From sequence record SRR2962707_440: a stretch of DNA of 20,000 nucleotides; one strand, written 5' to 3'. The notes beneath the pieces were generated by a model that was not told the DNA's origin, made no database searches, and saw only the letters and a program-made list of their open reading frames with translations. Made by a program: the position numbers and the translations under genes. Numbering within the stretch: the stretch's first letter is position 1; every line of letters begins with the position of its first letter. This document shows positions 10,020 to 17,320 of this stretch, one piece after another.

Positions 10020-10415
10020 CTAGTCACGCGGCAAGTATTTTGGTTCACCAACATTTTTGCGAATGGCTGCATCCAAACGTGTTCTTAAATCTTCAATATC
10101 ATCGTGACTTAAAACTTCTATGCCCGAAGCCAGTAAATTGGCTAATTCTGTGGCACGCGGCGACAAATCAGATGTATCGATTGTCACTTTTGGCGCAGAG
10201 CGCAGCGCCAAGGCCTGCAATTCATCCGCTTCATCCCAAATAATATTCAAGCAGGCAACGATTTGCTGTACGAGAATCCAGCGCGGTGTGCCGCGTTTGC
10301 CATGTTCAAGTGCAGATAAATAAGCAGCAGAAACACCGACTGCTTTGGCCATCTGCTTCTGAGTCATATTGCGTTCGGCGCGCAGTTCACGCAGCCGCTC
10401 TCCAAACGGTGTCAT
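10020..10415 (-). CDS. XRE-family helix-turn-helix transcriptional regulator
   Basis: FGERLRELR...TQKQMAKAVGVSAAYLSALEHGKRG (HTH_3/Cro-C1 type). The AGGAG SD overlaps the smr stop codon. Confidence 0.9.
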   Translation of the reverse strand: MTPFGERLRELRAERNMTQKQMAKAVGVSAAYLSALEHGKRGTPRWILVQQIVACLNIIWDEADELQALALRSAPKVTIDTSDLSPRATELANLLASGIEVLSHDDIEDLRTRLDAAIRKNVGEPKYLPRD

Positions 10416-10423
10416 ATTTGCTC

Positions 10424-11026
10424 CTAACGCTGGCGCCTTAGCCGCACATAAAATGCGCCGTCACCCCCATGGCCACGGCTTGCTGCTTGATAACCATTTA
10501 CAATTGAAGAAAATGCCGGCGTGTTCAACCAAATTGGTAACATTCGACGCAGCACGCCCTCACTTGTCGGCGATCCACCTTTGCCGGTAATAACAAGGAT
10601 ATGGCGGTAATTCATTGCTTGCGCCTGCTTCAAAAACGATTGCAGGCGAACAATTGCCTGATCTTGCGTCATGTCATGCAAATCGATTTGGCTGTCAATT
10701 GGCAAGCGACCTTTGGCAATTTTCCGATAAACGGGCCTATCAATGTGATTGGCAACCGGATCGGCAACTTTTGTTACCTTCGTTTTCGGCGGTAGCGGCG
10801 GATTATGCTTCGTTACATGCCTTTCGCCGTGCAAATCTGGTTTTTTCTTAGGCGCTGATTTTTTAACCGGAGGGAAAAGTGCATCCATTTCCGATTCAAA
10901 TGAACTCTCTGTCGAAGGCATGTGCCTGTTTGAGCGAATTGGTGTTACTGTTCGCGTTACTAAATTCCACAGAACCTTTTCGTCCTGCTTTAATTCTCTT
11001 TGTTCTTCTGGTTTGCGCTTTTTCAT
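10424..11026 (-). CDS. Standalone Smr (small MutS-related) domain protein
   Basis: C-terminal Smr domain with IDLH, LVITGKG, GVLRRMLPIWL and HGGDGAFYVRL. N-terminal LW..VTRTVTP motif. Start overlaps the mltA stop. Confidence 0.9.
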   Translation of the reverse strand: MKKRKPEEQRELKQDEKVLWNLVTRTVTPIRSNRHMPSTESSFESEMDALFPPVKKSAPKKKPDLHGERHVTKHNPPLPPKTKVTKVADPVANHIDRPVYRKIAKGRLPIDSQIDLHDMTQDQAIVRLQSFLKQAQAMNYRHILVITGKGGSPTSEGVLRRMLPIWLNTPAFSSIVNGYQAASRGHGGDGAFYVRLRRQR

Positions 11027-12117
11027 TGAATTTGCACCTTTGAACCATCAAATGGCGCATTCTTTGGAACAAGAATAGCAAAATCACACGGAGAATTGAC
11101 ACCACCTGCTAATTCTCCCGCCGCTTCTCCGGAGCCAAAGAAAATATCTCCGCGGGCTGCACCAACGATTGCCGTACCTGTCTCTTGGGCGACCATCAAC
11201 TGGTTGAAGGCCTGATTGTTCACTTTGTTAGCACTGACATAAATCGGCGTCGAAAAGGTATGAATAAGACGATCAACCGCCAAAGATCGTTGACCGGTCA
11301 GTGGTATTTTAGCCGCAGCGATGGGTCCAAGTGATGCATCAGAAACAGGCGCTTCTTTAAAAAAGATATATGACCGGTTCTCTTCCATAAGTGCAGACGC
11401 TTTATCCGCATTCGCGCGAAGCCATGATTTAATAGACTGCATGGAAATGTGCGCTGCGTCTATTTCACCGCGCTCAACCAGCAATTTACCGATAGCAGTA
11501 AATGGATGGCCAGATTTTCCGTCATAGGTGATGCGTATGATGCTGCCATCATCCAATGTCAATTTCGCCGCGCCTTGAATATGGATAAAGAACGCTTCAA
11601 TCGGATCTTCAAGATAAGCGATAATTGATGGATTTTGAATGGCGCCGGCGTTTATTTCACCACGGTCGAAATAGGCTGTGATTTTTCCATCGGGCAATTG
11701 GCGGCCAAATCGATAGTTCGCATCCATTCCTAAAGGTCTATTTTTGTTGTTTAACACAATCAGATCATCAGGTCGGCGCAAAATCGGCACTTGAAATCTA
11801 TCGGTTTTCAACACTGACGCTTGGACTTCCGGCTCGTAAAACCCAGTAACTTGTCCGCGCTTTTTTTCCGAATTGACGAGTTGCCAAGCGACAAAATTAT
11901 CCTCGAAAAACCGCTTAGGATTCACCAATGCCTCAGTTTGATTCGCCTTCGTAACAAATGGCGCAAACCATTTTGGATCTATACCTAATTGGCCTTGACG
12001 ATAATGCTCATTTTCTGGCTTTTGGCTTTGCCGCCCAAAAGCATTTAATGCGGCGAGCAGATCATCATCTTGCCAGCCCGGCAGATCGGCAAAATCTATC
12101 GGGCGCAAGGTCCACAT
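11023..12117 (-). CDS. mltA: MltA-family lytic murein transglycosylase (MltA and 3D domains)
   Basis: FADLPGW, TGFYEP, FFIHIQG, NRSYIFF, RSLAVD and TGTAIVG..RGDIFFGSG. Confidence 0.92.
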   Translation of the reverse strand: MWTLRPIDFADLPGWQDDDLLAALNAFGRQSQKPENEHYRQGQLGIDPKWFAPFVTKANQTEALVNPKRFFEDNFVAWQLVNSEKKRGQVTGFYEPEVQASVLKTDRFQVPILRRPDDLIVLNNKNRPLGMDANYRFGRQLPDGKITAYFDRGEINAGAIQNPSIIAYLEDPIEAFFIHIQGAAKLTLDDGSIIRITYDGKSGHPFTAIGKLLVERGEIDAAHISMQSIKSWLRANADKASALMEENRSYIFFKEAPVSDASLGPIAAAKIPLTGQRSLAVDRLIHTFSTPIYVSANKVNNQAFNQLMVAQETGTAIVGAARGDIFFGSGEAAGELAGGVNSPCDFAILVPKNAPFDGSKVQIQ

Positions 12118-12145
12118 GTTTCAATCCGCTCAGCGTTTAGTCCGA

Positions 12146-12841
12146 TTAATCGTCGGACTCGGTGGCAACTAGTTTCCAGTTTGGATCACGTTGACGCAAA
12201 TCACGCGCAAATGTCCATATATCACGCACTTCAACCACAGCATCTGGATCGCCATCAATCAACTCACCGGCTTTGTTTTTGGTCGATGATATAAGCTGGC
12301 TAACGATTGAGACTGTAACATGCGCATCGTGATCGCGTAGCTCAGCAGCGGTGATTTCTATTTTCTCGATACCGACAAAATTTGTTAGTACCTCTTCTCC
12401 GGTTTTAACGCGTTCATCCAACACGTCTGAAAACCCGTCGAAGACTTCTTTAGACAACAAATTGCGCAGCGTTTTGCGGTCGCCATCGGCAAAAGCCATA
12501 ACAATCATTTCGTAGGCCATGCCTGCGCCTTTGACGAATTCCTTAGGATCGAAGATCGGGGCTTCGTCTTTAATTTGGCGTAAAACCTTGTTTAGCTTGG
12601 TGCGCGGCTTCGCAATGAGGTCAATTTCTTTATAAATATCGACATCCGTTTCGCCGCGTTTTGGCAGCGTGACCACATTATCATTATCGGTTTCCGGAGC
12701 TTCAGCGCGCTGCGCATTCGCATTTTTTTCTACCGGCGGTTTTTCATGGCCAGTTCGACGCCCCAAAACATTGCGTAGCTGCATGAAGATGAAGACAGCT
12801 GCGACAACAAAAATGAGTGTTACAATGTTTGAACTTTCCAT
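12146..12841 (-). CDS. Tim44/TimA-family inner-membrane-anchored protein
   Basis: N-terminal TM helix followed by LRNVLGRRTGHE, then a Tim44-like domain (FDPKEFVKGA..AYEMIV.AF..GD...DIWTFARD....PNWKLVAT). Confidence 0.92.
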   Translation of the reverse strand: MESSNIVTLIFVVAAVFIFMQLRNVLGRRTGHEKPPVEKNANAQRAEAPETDNDNVVTLPKRGETDVDIYKEIDLIAKPRTKLNKVLRQIKDEAPIFDPKEFVKGAGMAYEMIVMAFADGDRKTLRNLLSKEVFDGFSDVLDERVKTGEEVLTNFVGIEKIEITAAELRDHDAHVTVSIVSQLISSTKNKAGELIDGDPDAVVEVRDIWTFARDLRQRDPNWKLVATESDD

Positions 12842-12886
12842 AAATATCCCTATTTGATGCTAAATGCTGCGTTTTCGCATATCTTT

Positions 12887-12914
12887 ATATAGAGCCATTA
12901 GCCCATCATTCAAA
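12887..12914 (-). promoter_or_regulatory. Candidate promoter (RpoH-like spacing) for the timA-mltA-smr-XRE operon
   Basis: The minus strand reads TTTGAA-N15-TCTATAT, about 45 nt upstream of the timA start. Confidence 0.55.
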
Positions 12915-12969
12915 TCAATGTGCTATTAAACTGTCATAACAGTAAATTTAGCACCCATCTGGAGGCGAA

Positions 12970-13476
12970 ATGCCGTTCTCATTAATTCCATTTCTTCTGC
13001 TTATCGTTCCAATATTAGAAATTTCAGCTTTTATTGTCATTGGCGGTGAAATTGGTGTTTTCCCGACACTGGCCCTTATTGTCGTAACGGCGGTCATTGG
13101 GTCCTTCCTCTTGCGGGTCCAAGGGTTTGGTTTGTTGGCAAAAATCCAAGCGGATATGAATAATGGCAAGGTGCCCGGCCGCGAACTCGTTCACGGTGTC
13201 ATGATCATGTTGGCAGGTGTTTTATTGCTAACACCGGGATTTGTGACAGATACTTGCGGCTTTTTGTTGTTTATTCCCGCTGTGCGTGATGTCGCGTGGC
13301 GGTTCTTGAAAAGCCGCATCAATGTTGTTCGGTTTTCTGAAGGGCAACAATTTAGAGATAATGAAAATCGAGGCAATTCATCACACGGGCCAATTATCGA
13401 TTTAGATGAAGATGACTATAAAAGCGAACCTGATCCTAAGAGCCCTTGGCGCGGGATTGATGACAAGTCGGAATAA
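12970..13476 (+). CDS. fxsA: FxsA-family membrane protein
   Basis: VPILEI, LLRVQG and LLLTPGFVTD..G motifs. GGAGG SD at 12961-12965. Confidence 0.93.
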   Translation: MPFSLIPFLLLIVPILEISAFIVIGGEIGVFPTLALIVVTAVIGSFLLRVQGFGLLAKIQADMNNGKVPGRELVHGVMIMLAGVLLLTPGFVTDTCGFLLFIPAVRDVAWRFLKSRINVVRFSEGQQFRDNENRGNSSHGPIIDLDEDDYKSEPDPKSPWRGIDDKSE

Positions 13477-13582
13477 CAAAATGTGTTGGTCCTTGTCAGT
13501 CCAGAACCAACATGTTAGTCGAAACCGGCTTTTCGGGCGTTTGGCGCCTTCCATTTAACTTTTTTCAAACAGGCTTTATTCA

Positions 13583-14083
13583 ATGGCTAAAGACATTAAA
13601 AATAATACTGGCGACGCCGGAGCGGTTAGTGAAGCCGAAGCGCCGCAACTCACTGTTTTAACGCAATATGTAAAAGATCTTTCGTTTGAAAGCCCTGGCG
13701 CACCGTTGTCATTGCAGTCACGTGAAAAAGCGCCAGCAATTAACATCAATGTAAATGTGACGGCGAACCCGATTTCTGAAAAAGAATTCGACGTTAACCT
13801 CATGCTTACAGCGACAGCTAAAGATGGCGAAACCGTTCTATTTAACGTTGAATTGTTATATGGTGGCGTTTTTAGAATTGTTGGCTTCCCACAAGAACAT
13901 GTGATGCCACTGGTATTTGTTGAGTGTCCGCGCTTGATTTTCCCATTCGCGCGCCAAATCGTTGCCGATGCAACTCGCAATGGCGGCTTCCCACCATTGA
14001 TGATTGACCCAATTGATTTTGGTAAAATGTTCCAGCAGCGTATGGCTGAAGAGCAGGCTAAATCTAAAGTTCAGCCAAACTAA
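13583..14083 (+). CDS. secB: Protein-export chaperone SecB
   Basis: [24 protein letters not shown] and [13 protein letters not shown]. Confidence 0.98.
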   Translation: MAKDIKNNTGDAGAVSEAEAPQLTVLTQYVKDLSFESPGAPLSLQSREKAPAININVNVTANPISEKEFDVNLMLTATAKDGETVLFNVELLYGGVFRIVGFPQEHVMPLVFVECPRLIFPFARQIVADATRNGGFPPLMIDPIDFGKMFQQRMAEEQAKSKVQPN

Positions 14084-14108
14084 CTCACTAGTTAGTTCTG
14101 CCTAAATT

Positions 14109-14137
14109 ATAAAAGCTCGCATTTTGCGGGCTTTTAT
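14109..14137. terminator. Bidirectional intrinsic terminator between convergent secB and dnaQ
   Basis: ATAAAAGCTCGCA-TTT-TGCGGGCTTTTAT: a GC stem with an A-run before and a T-run after. It overlaps the dnaQ stop codon. Confidence 0.8.
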
Positions 14138-14832
14138 TTTGCCAACCAGAGGGCTTTTTCGCCCATTTTCTTGACCATTGCGCGGTGCGCTTCTTTTTCG
14201 CCGTCAGATAGACGTCGTGCCAAAGGTTTTGAACGTGGGATCGGCTCTATCTTGATGGTGTCATCAAAATTGGAATCGTCGCCTTGCTTGGAATCGTCGC
14301 TATCAAGCGTAAATGTTGCTTGCTTACCGCCAACCAGCTCGATGTAAACTTCTGCAAGAATTTCACTGTCGAGAAGCGCGCCGTGTTTCTCGCGTTTTGA
14401 ATTATCGATGCCGTAGCGTTTACAAAGTGCGTCCAGTGAATTTGGACCCATTGGATGACGTCTGCGCGCTAAGCTCAAACTATCGATAATGCGGTCCGGA
14501 TCTAAGGGCGGGAAACCGATGCGCTCAAACTCAGCATTAAAAAACCCGACGTCGAATTTCGCATTATGCGCAATGAGTTTTGCGCCATTAGTAAATTCCA
14601 TCCACTCATCGAGGATCTCTGCAAAGTTTGGCTTATCAAGCAGAAACTCATTGCTAATACCGTGAATATTAAGCGCATCGGGATGCACCCGTTTACCCTG
14701 AGGATTTACAAACACGTGAAATGAGCGGCCAGTGATAAAACGATTTTCTAGCTCGACAGCACCTATTTCAATAATCCGATCATCGCGGCTATCGAGGCCT
14801 GTTGTTTCCGTATCGAAAATTATTTCACGCAT
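14134..14832 (-). CDS. dnaQ: DNA polymerase III epsilon subunit (3'-5' exonuclease)
   Basis: ExoI DTETTG, ExoII HNAKFD, ExoIII HGALLDSEIL, and a clamp-binding-like QATFTL. Confidence 0.97.
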   Translation of the reverse strand: MREIIFDTETTGLDSRDDRIIEIGAVELENRFITGRSFHVFVNPQGKRVHPDALNIHGISNEFLLDKPNFAEILDEWMEFTNGAKLIAHNAKFDVGFFNAEFERIGFPPLDPDRIIDSLSLARRRHPMGPNSLDALCKRYGIDNSKREKHGALLDSEILAEVYIELVGGKQATFTLDSDDSKQGDDSNFDDTIKIEPIPRSKPLARRLSDGEKEAHRAMVKKMGEKALWLAK

Positions 14833-14842
14833 AATGGCTGAC

Positions 14843-15433
14843 CTATTGGTTCTGTTTTAATTCAGCGATAATCGCGGCAACGGCATTTTCTGCAACATCC
14901 ATGCCCTGCGATGTATCAATTATATAGTCCGCATTGGCTCTTTTCTCGCTATCAGGCATCTGTTTGGCAAGAATTGCGTTAAACCGGTCTTCGGTCATGC
15001 CTTCGCGTCCAAGAACCCGCGCCCTTTGTATTTCGGCAGGTGCGGTGACGACGAGAATTTGATCGACACGTTTATTGCCGCCCGTCTCAAATAAAAGGGG
15101 AATATCCAGCACCACGAGCGGTTCACCTTTGTCACGCTGTTGATTTAAGAAAGCTATTTCCGCTTTTCTAACGAGTGGATGGACGATGTGTTCTAACTTT
15201 CTAACTGCATCGCCATTGCCTAAAACAGATTTTCCCAGAGCTTGCCGATCAACGCCTTTAGAATCCGTTGTCCCTGGAAATGCTTTCTCAATCGCGCCAA
15301 TTACATCAGGTGTCTGATAAAGCGCGTGAACTGTCGCATCAGCGTCGTGGACAGGCACTCCCGCCATGCGAAACATATTGGCGGTTGTTGATTTTCCCAT
15401 CCCGATGGAACCGGTAAGCCCTAAAATTATCAT
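14843..15433 (-). CDS. coaE: Dephospho-CoA kinase
   Basis: [26 protein letters not shown] and DIPLLFE. Confidence 0.97.
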   Translation of the reverse strand: MIILGLTGSIGMGKSTTANMFRMAGVPVHDADATVHALYQTPDVIGAIEKAFPGTTDSKGVDRQALGKSVLGNGDAVRKLEHIVHPLVRKAEIAFLNQQRDKGEPLVVLDIPLLFETGGNKRVDQILVVTAPAEIQRARVLGREGMTEDRFNAILAKQMPDSEKRANADYIIDTSQGMDVAENAVAAIIAELKQNQ

Positions 15434-16269
15434 TCGCTTGCCTTTATATCATCCAAAATATGTTGGCGTAATGCTGGCGTTACTTCTGGTCGTTGGCCGA
15501 ACCACTTTTCAAATCCGGGCACTGCTTGATGCAGAAGCATGCCTAAACCATCGCTATAACCTAAGCCATGTTCGGCAGCCGCGGTCAAAAAAGGTGTCAT
15601 GAGCGGAACATAGACGATATCTGCCGCGCATGTTTGGCGATTTACGGTTTTAAAATTAAGAGGAAAGGCTACTTCACCACTCATGCCAAGCGAAGTGGTG
15701 TTTATGAGCAGGTCGGCATTATCGCTCAACTTTTGCGCTTGATCCCATCCGTGCGATGTTACCTTTGGTCCAAAAGCATTCGCCAATGTTTGAGCGCGCT
15801 CAACAGTACGATTGATAATACCGATCTTTTTAATGCCGGCTTCAATAAGCGCATAGATTATCGCGCGGCTTGCACCGCCAGCACCAAAAACAACGGCGCT
15901 TTGAGCGTTTTTCCATTGTGGTATTTGATCATCGAGATTTGCGCCAAAGCCATAGGCATCGGTATTTCCGCCATGAAGTTTACCGCCTTTTAGCCACAGC
16001 GTATTAACCGCGCCGATCGCAAGCGCTGCATCATCAAGATGTTCAACGAGACGGAAAGCCGTTTCTTTATGAGGAATGGTGACATTACCGCCGATAAATC
16101 CGCGTTCAGCTAATGAGGCGCTGAACTTCTTAAAATCATCAGGCGCTATGTCTATTTTTTCATATGATCCTTGGATTCCATAATTATCAAGCCAATAATT
16201 ATGGATGAGCGGCGATCTTGAGTGCTTTATCGGGTGGCCGCAAACAAATGCCTTTTTATTATCAAGCAT
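15430..16269 (-). CDS. aroE: Shikimate dehydrogenase
   Basis: [37 protein letters not shown] and GLGMLLHQA. Confidence 0.97.
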   Translation of the reverse strand: MLDNKKAFVCGHPIKHSRSPLIHNYWLDNYGIQGSYEKIDIAPDDFKKFSASLAERGFIGGNVTIPHKETAFRLVEHLDDAALAIGAVNTLWLKGGKLHGGNTDAYGFGANLDDQIPQWKNAQSAVVFGAGGASRAIIYALIEAGIKKIGIINRTVERAQTLANAFGPKVTSHGWDQAQKLSDNADLLINTTSLGMSGEVAFPLNFKTVNRQTCAADIVYVPLMTPFLTAAAEHGLGYSDGLGMLLHQAVPGFEKWFGQRPEVTPALRQHILDDIKASE

Positions 16270-16855
16270 CGATCTCGCCCAATTCGCGCAGTTTCTTAAG
16301 CATTGGCAAAATCGGCATGCCTACAATGGTAAAGTAATCACCGTCGATTTTTTCAAACAATTGAATACCGGGCCCTTCAATTTGGTAGGCACCTACACTT
16401 TTCAGCGCGATGTCTCCAACCATAGAAAGATGGCGACCAATAAATTCAGGCGATAATTTGCGCATGTGCATGTGAGCAACAGATACATGGCTCCACAAAA
16501 TTTCACCATCACGCGCAAAGGCCACGCCGCTATTGAGTTGATGTGTTTTACCGCTCATGGCCAATAATTGACGCCGCGCCTGTTCCATATCTTTTGGTTT
16601 ATGAAATTGCACATCATCCAGCGATAGCGTTTGATCACCGCCAATTACCAAAGCGCCTGAATGACGCTCTGAAACATCCAGCGCTTTAACCTCACTTAGA
16701 ATTTCTGCGATATCGGCGGGGATAGCGCCGCTATTGAGCAATGGCTCTTCGACAGCTCGCTCATCGATATTTGGATTATCCTGCGTAAATTCGAGTCCTG
16801 CATTTTTCAAAATTGCGGCACGAAACGGGCTGGTTGAAGCAAGGATAATGGGCAT
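16262..16855 (-). CDS. maf: Maf-family nucleoside triphosphate pyrophosphatase (YceF-like signature)
   Basis: [14 protein letters not shown] and GAYQIE motifs. An aromatic residue in SPFR, Q in GDQ and E in YQIE match the YceF (m7GTP) rather than the YhdE (R-T-Q) signature. Confidence 0.93.
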   Translation of the reverse strand: MPIILASTSPFRAAILKNAGLEFTQDNPNIDERAVEEPLLNSGAIPADIAEILSEVKALDVSERHSGALVIGGDQTLSLDDVQFHKPKDMEQARRQLLAMSGKTHQLNSGVAFARDGEILWSHVSVAHMHMRKLSPEFIGRHLSMVGDIALKSVGAYQIEGPGIQLFEKIDGDYFTIVGMPILPMLKKLRELGEIDA

Positions 16856-16890
16856 GGATCACTTTCGATCTCTTTAGGTATTCATGTAAA

Positions 16891-16906
16891 ACACTACATC
16901 TAGTAT
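16891..16906. promoter_or_regulatory. NrdR-box-like palindrome upstream of maf
   Basis: ACACTACATCTAGTAT matches the consensus acaCwAtATaTwGtgt at 13 of 16 positions. Confidence 0.45.
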
Positions 16907-16948
16907 GCGGGCTTGGCGGCGGCAAGTTGTGATGAAGCTGTTTCACCC

Positions 16949-16969
16949 TGTGGACAAAATTGTGCGTAA
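16949..16969 (-). promoter_or_regulatory. Tandem DnaA-box-like sites
   Basis: TGTGGACAA (16949-16957; reverse complement TTGTCCACA, 1 mismatch to TTATCCACA) and TGTGCGTAA (16961-16969; 2 mismatches). Confidence 0.65.
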
Positions 16970-17006
16970 GTTTTGCTAATTGGTGAGTCGAATTTCACGC
17001 CTGTGA

Positions 17007-17021
17007 TTAACAAACTATTTA
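17007..17021. promoter_or_regulatory. Imperfect CtrA box
   Basis: TTAA-CAAACTA-TTTA, 1 mismatch to TTAA-N7-TTAA. Confidence 0.5.
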
Positions 17022-17036
17022 TCCCTGATCACAAGA

Positions 17037-17052
17037 TTAACACTTCATTAAC
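17037..17052. promoter_or_regulatory. Perfect CtrA binding site
   Basis: TTAA-CACTTCA-TTAAC, an exact match to TTAA-N7-TTAA(C). Confidence 0.8.
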
Positions 17053-17059
17053 TAAGCCT

Positions 17060-17093
17060 TGTGAATAGCGCTGTTAGCCGCAGCTTATTCACA
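17060..17093. promoter_or_regulatory. Inverted pair of DnaA boxes
   Basis: TGTGAATAG (17060-17068; reverse complement CTATTCACA) and TTATTCACA (17085-17093; exact TTWTNCACA). Confidence 0.75.
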
Positions 17094-17257
17094 GCTTAGA
17101 AAAAAGTGGAAAAATTGCTTGTCATGCGAATCAGCAGGAATCGACATCTTTTTTCACTGAATCGGCGAATTGTCGCTAATCTGAGTTGGAACTTGTGATG
17201 CCTGTGAATTGATTCTAGTAACTGTCCACAATGGTAACAAGCTGTGGGTTTTTTGTT

Positions 17258-17320
17258 TTCCTCACAAATCACAGACTCATAAGAATAATAGATTCAATAA
17301 ATAGATTTCTTCTTTAAAGA
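17258..17320 (+). promoter_or_regulatory. Putative origin unwinding module: tandem DnaA boxes, DnaA-trio-like triplets and an AT-rich DUE
   Basis: TTCCTCACA-AATCACA-GACT-CAT AAG AAT AAT, followed by an AT-rich tract. Confidence 0.65.

Noticed and set aside
12931..12960. CCCATCT as an RpoH -10 element for fxsA
   Set aside because: There is no matching -35 element, and the implied TSS would exclude the GGAGG SD.
17202..17214. IHF site in oriC (minus strand AATCAATTCACAG)
   Set aside because: It has WATCAA but lacks the terminal TTR, so it is too weak to call.
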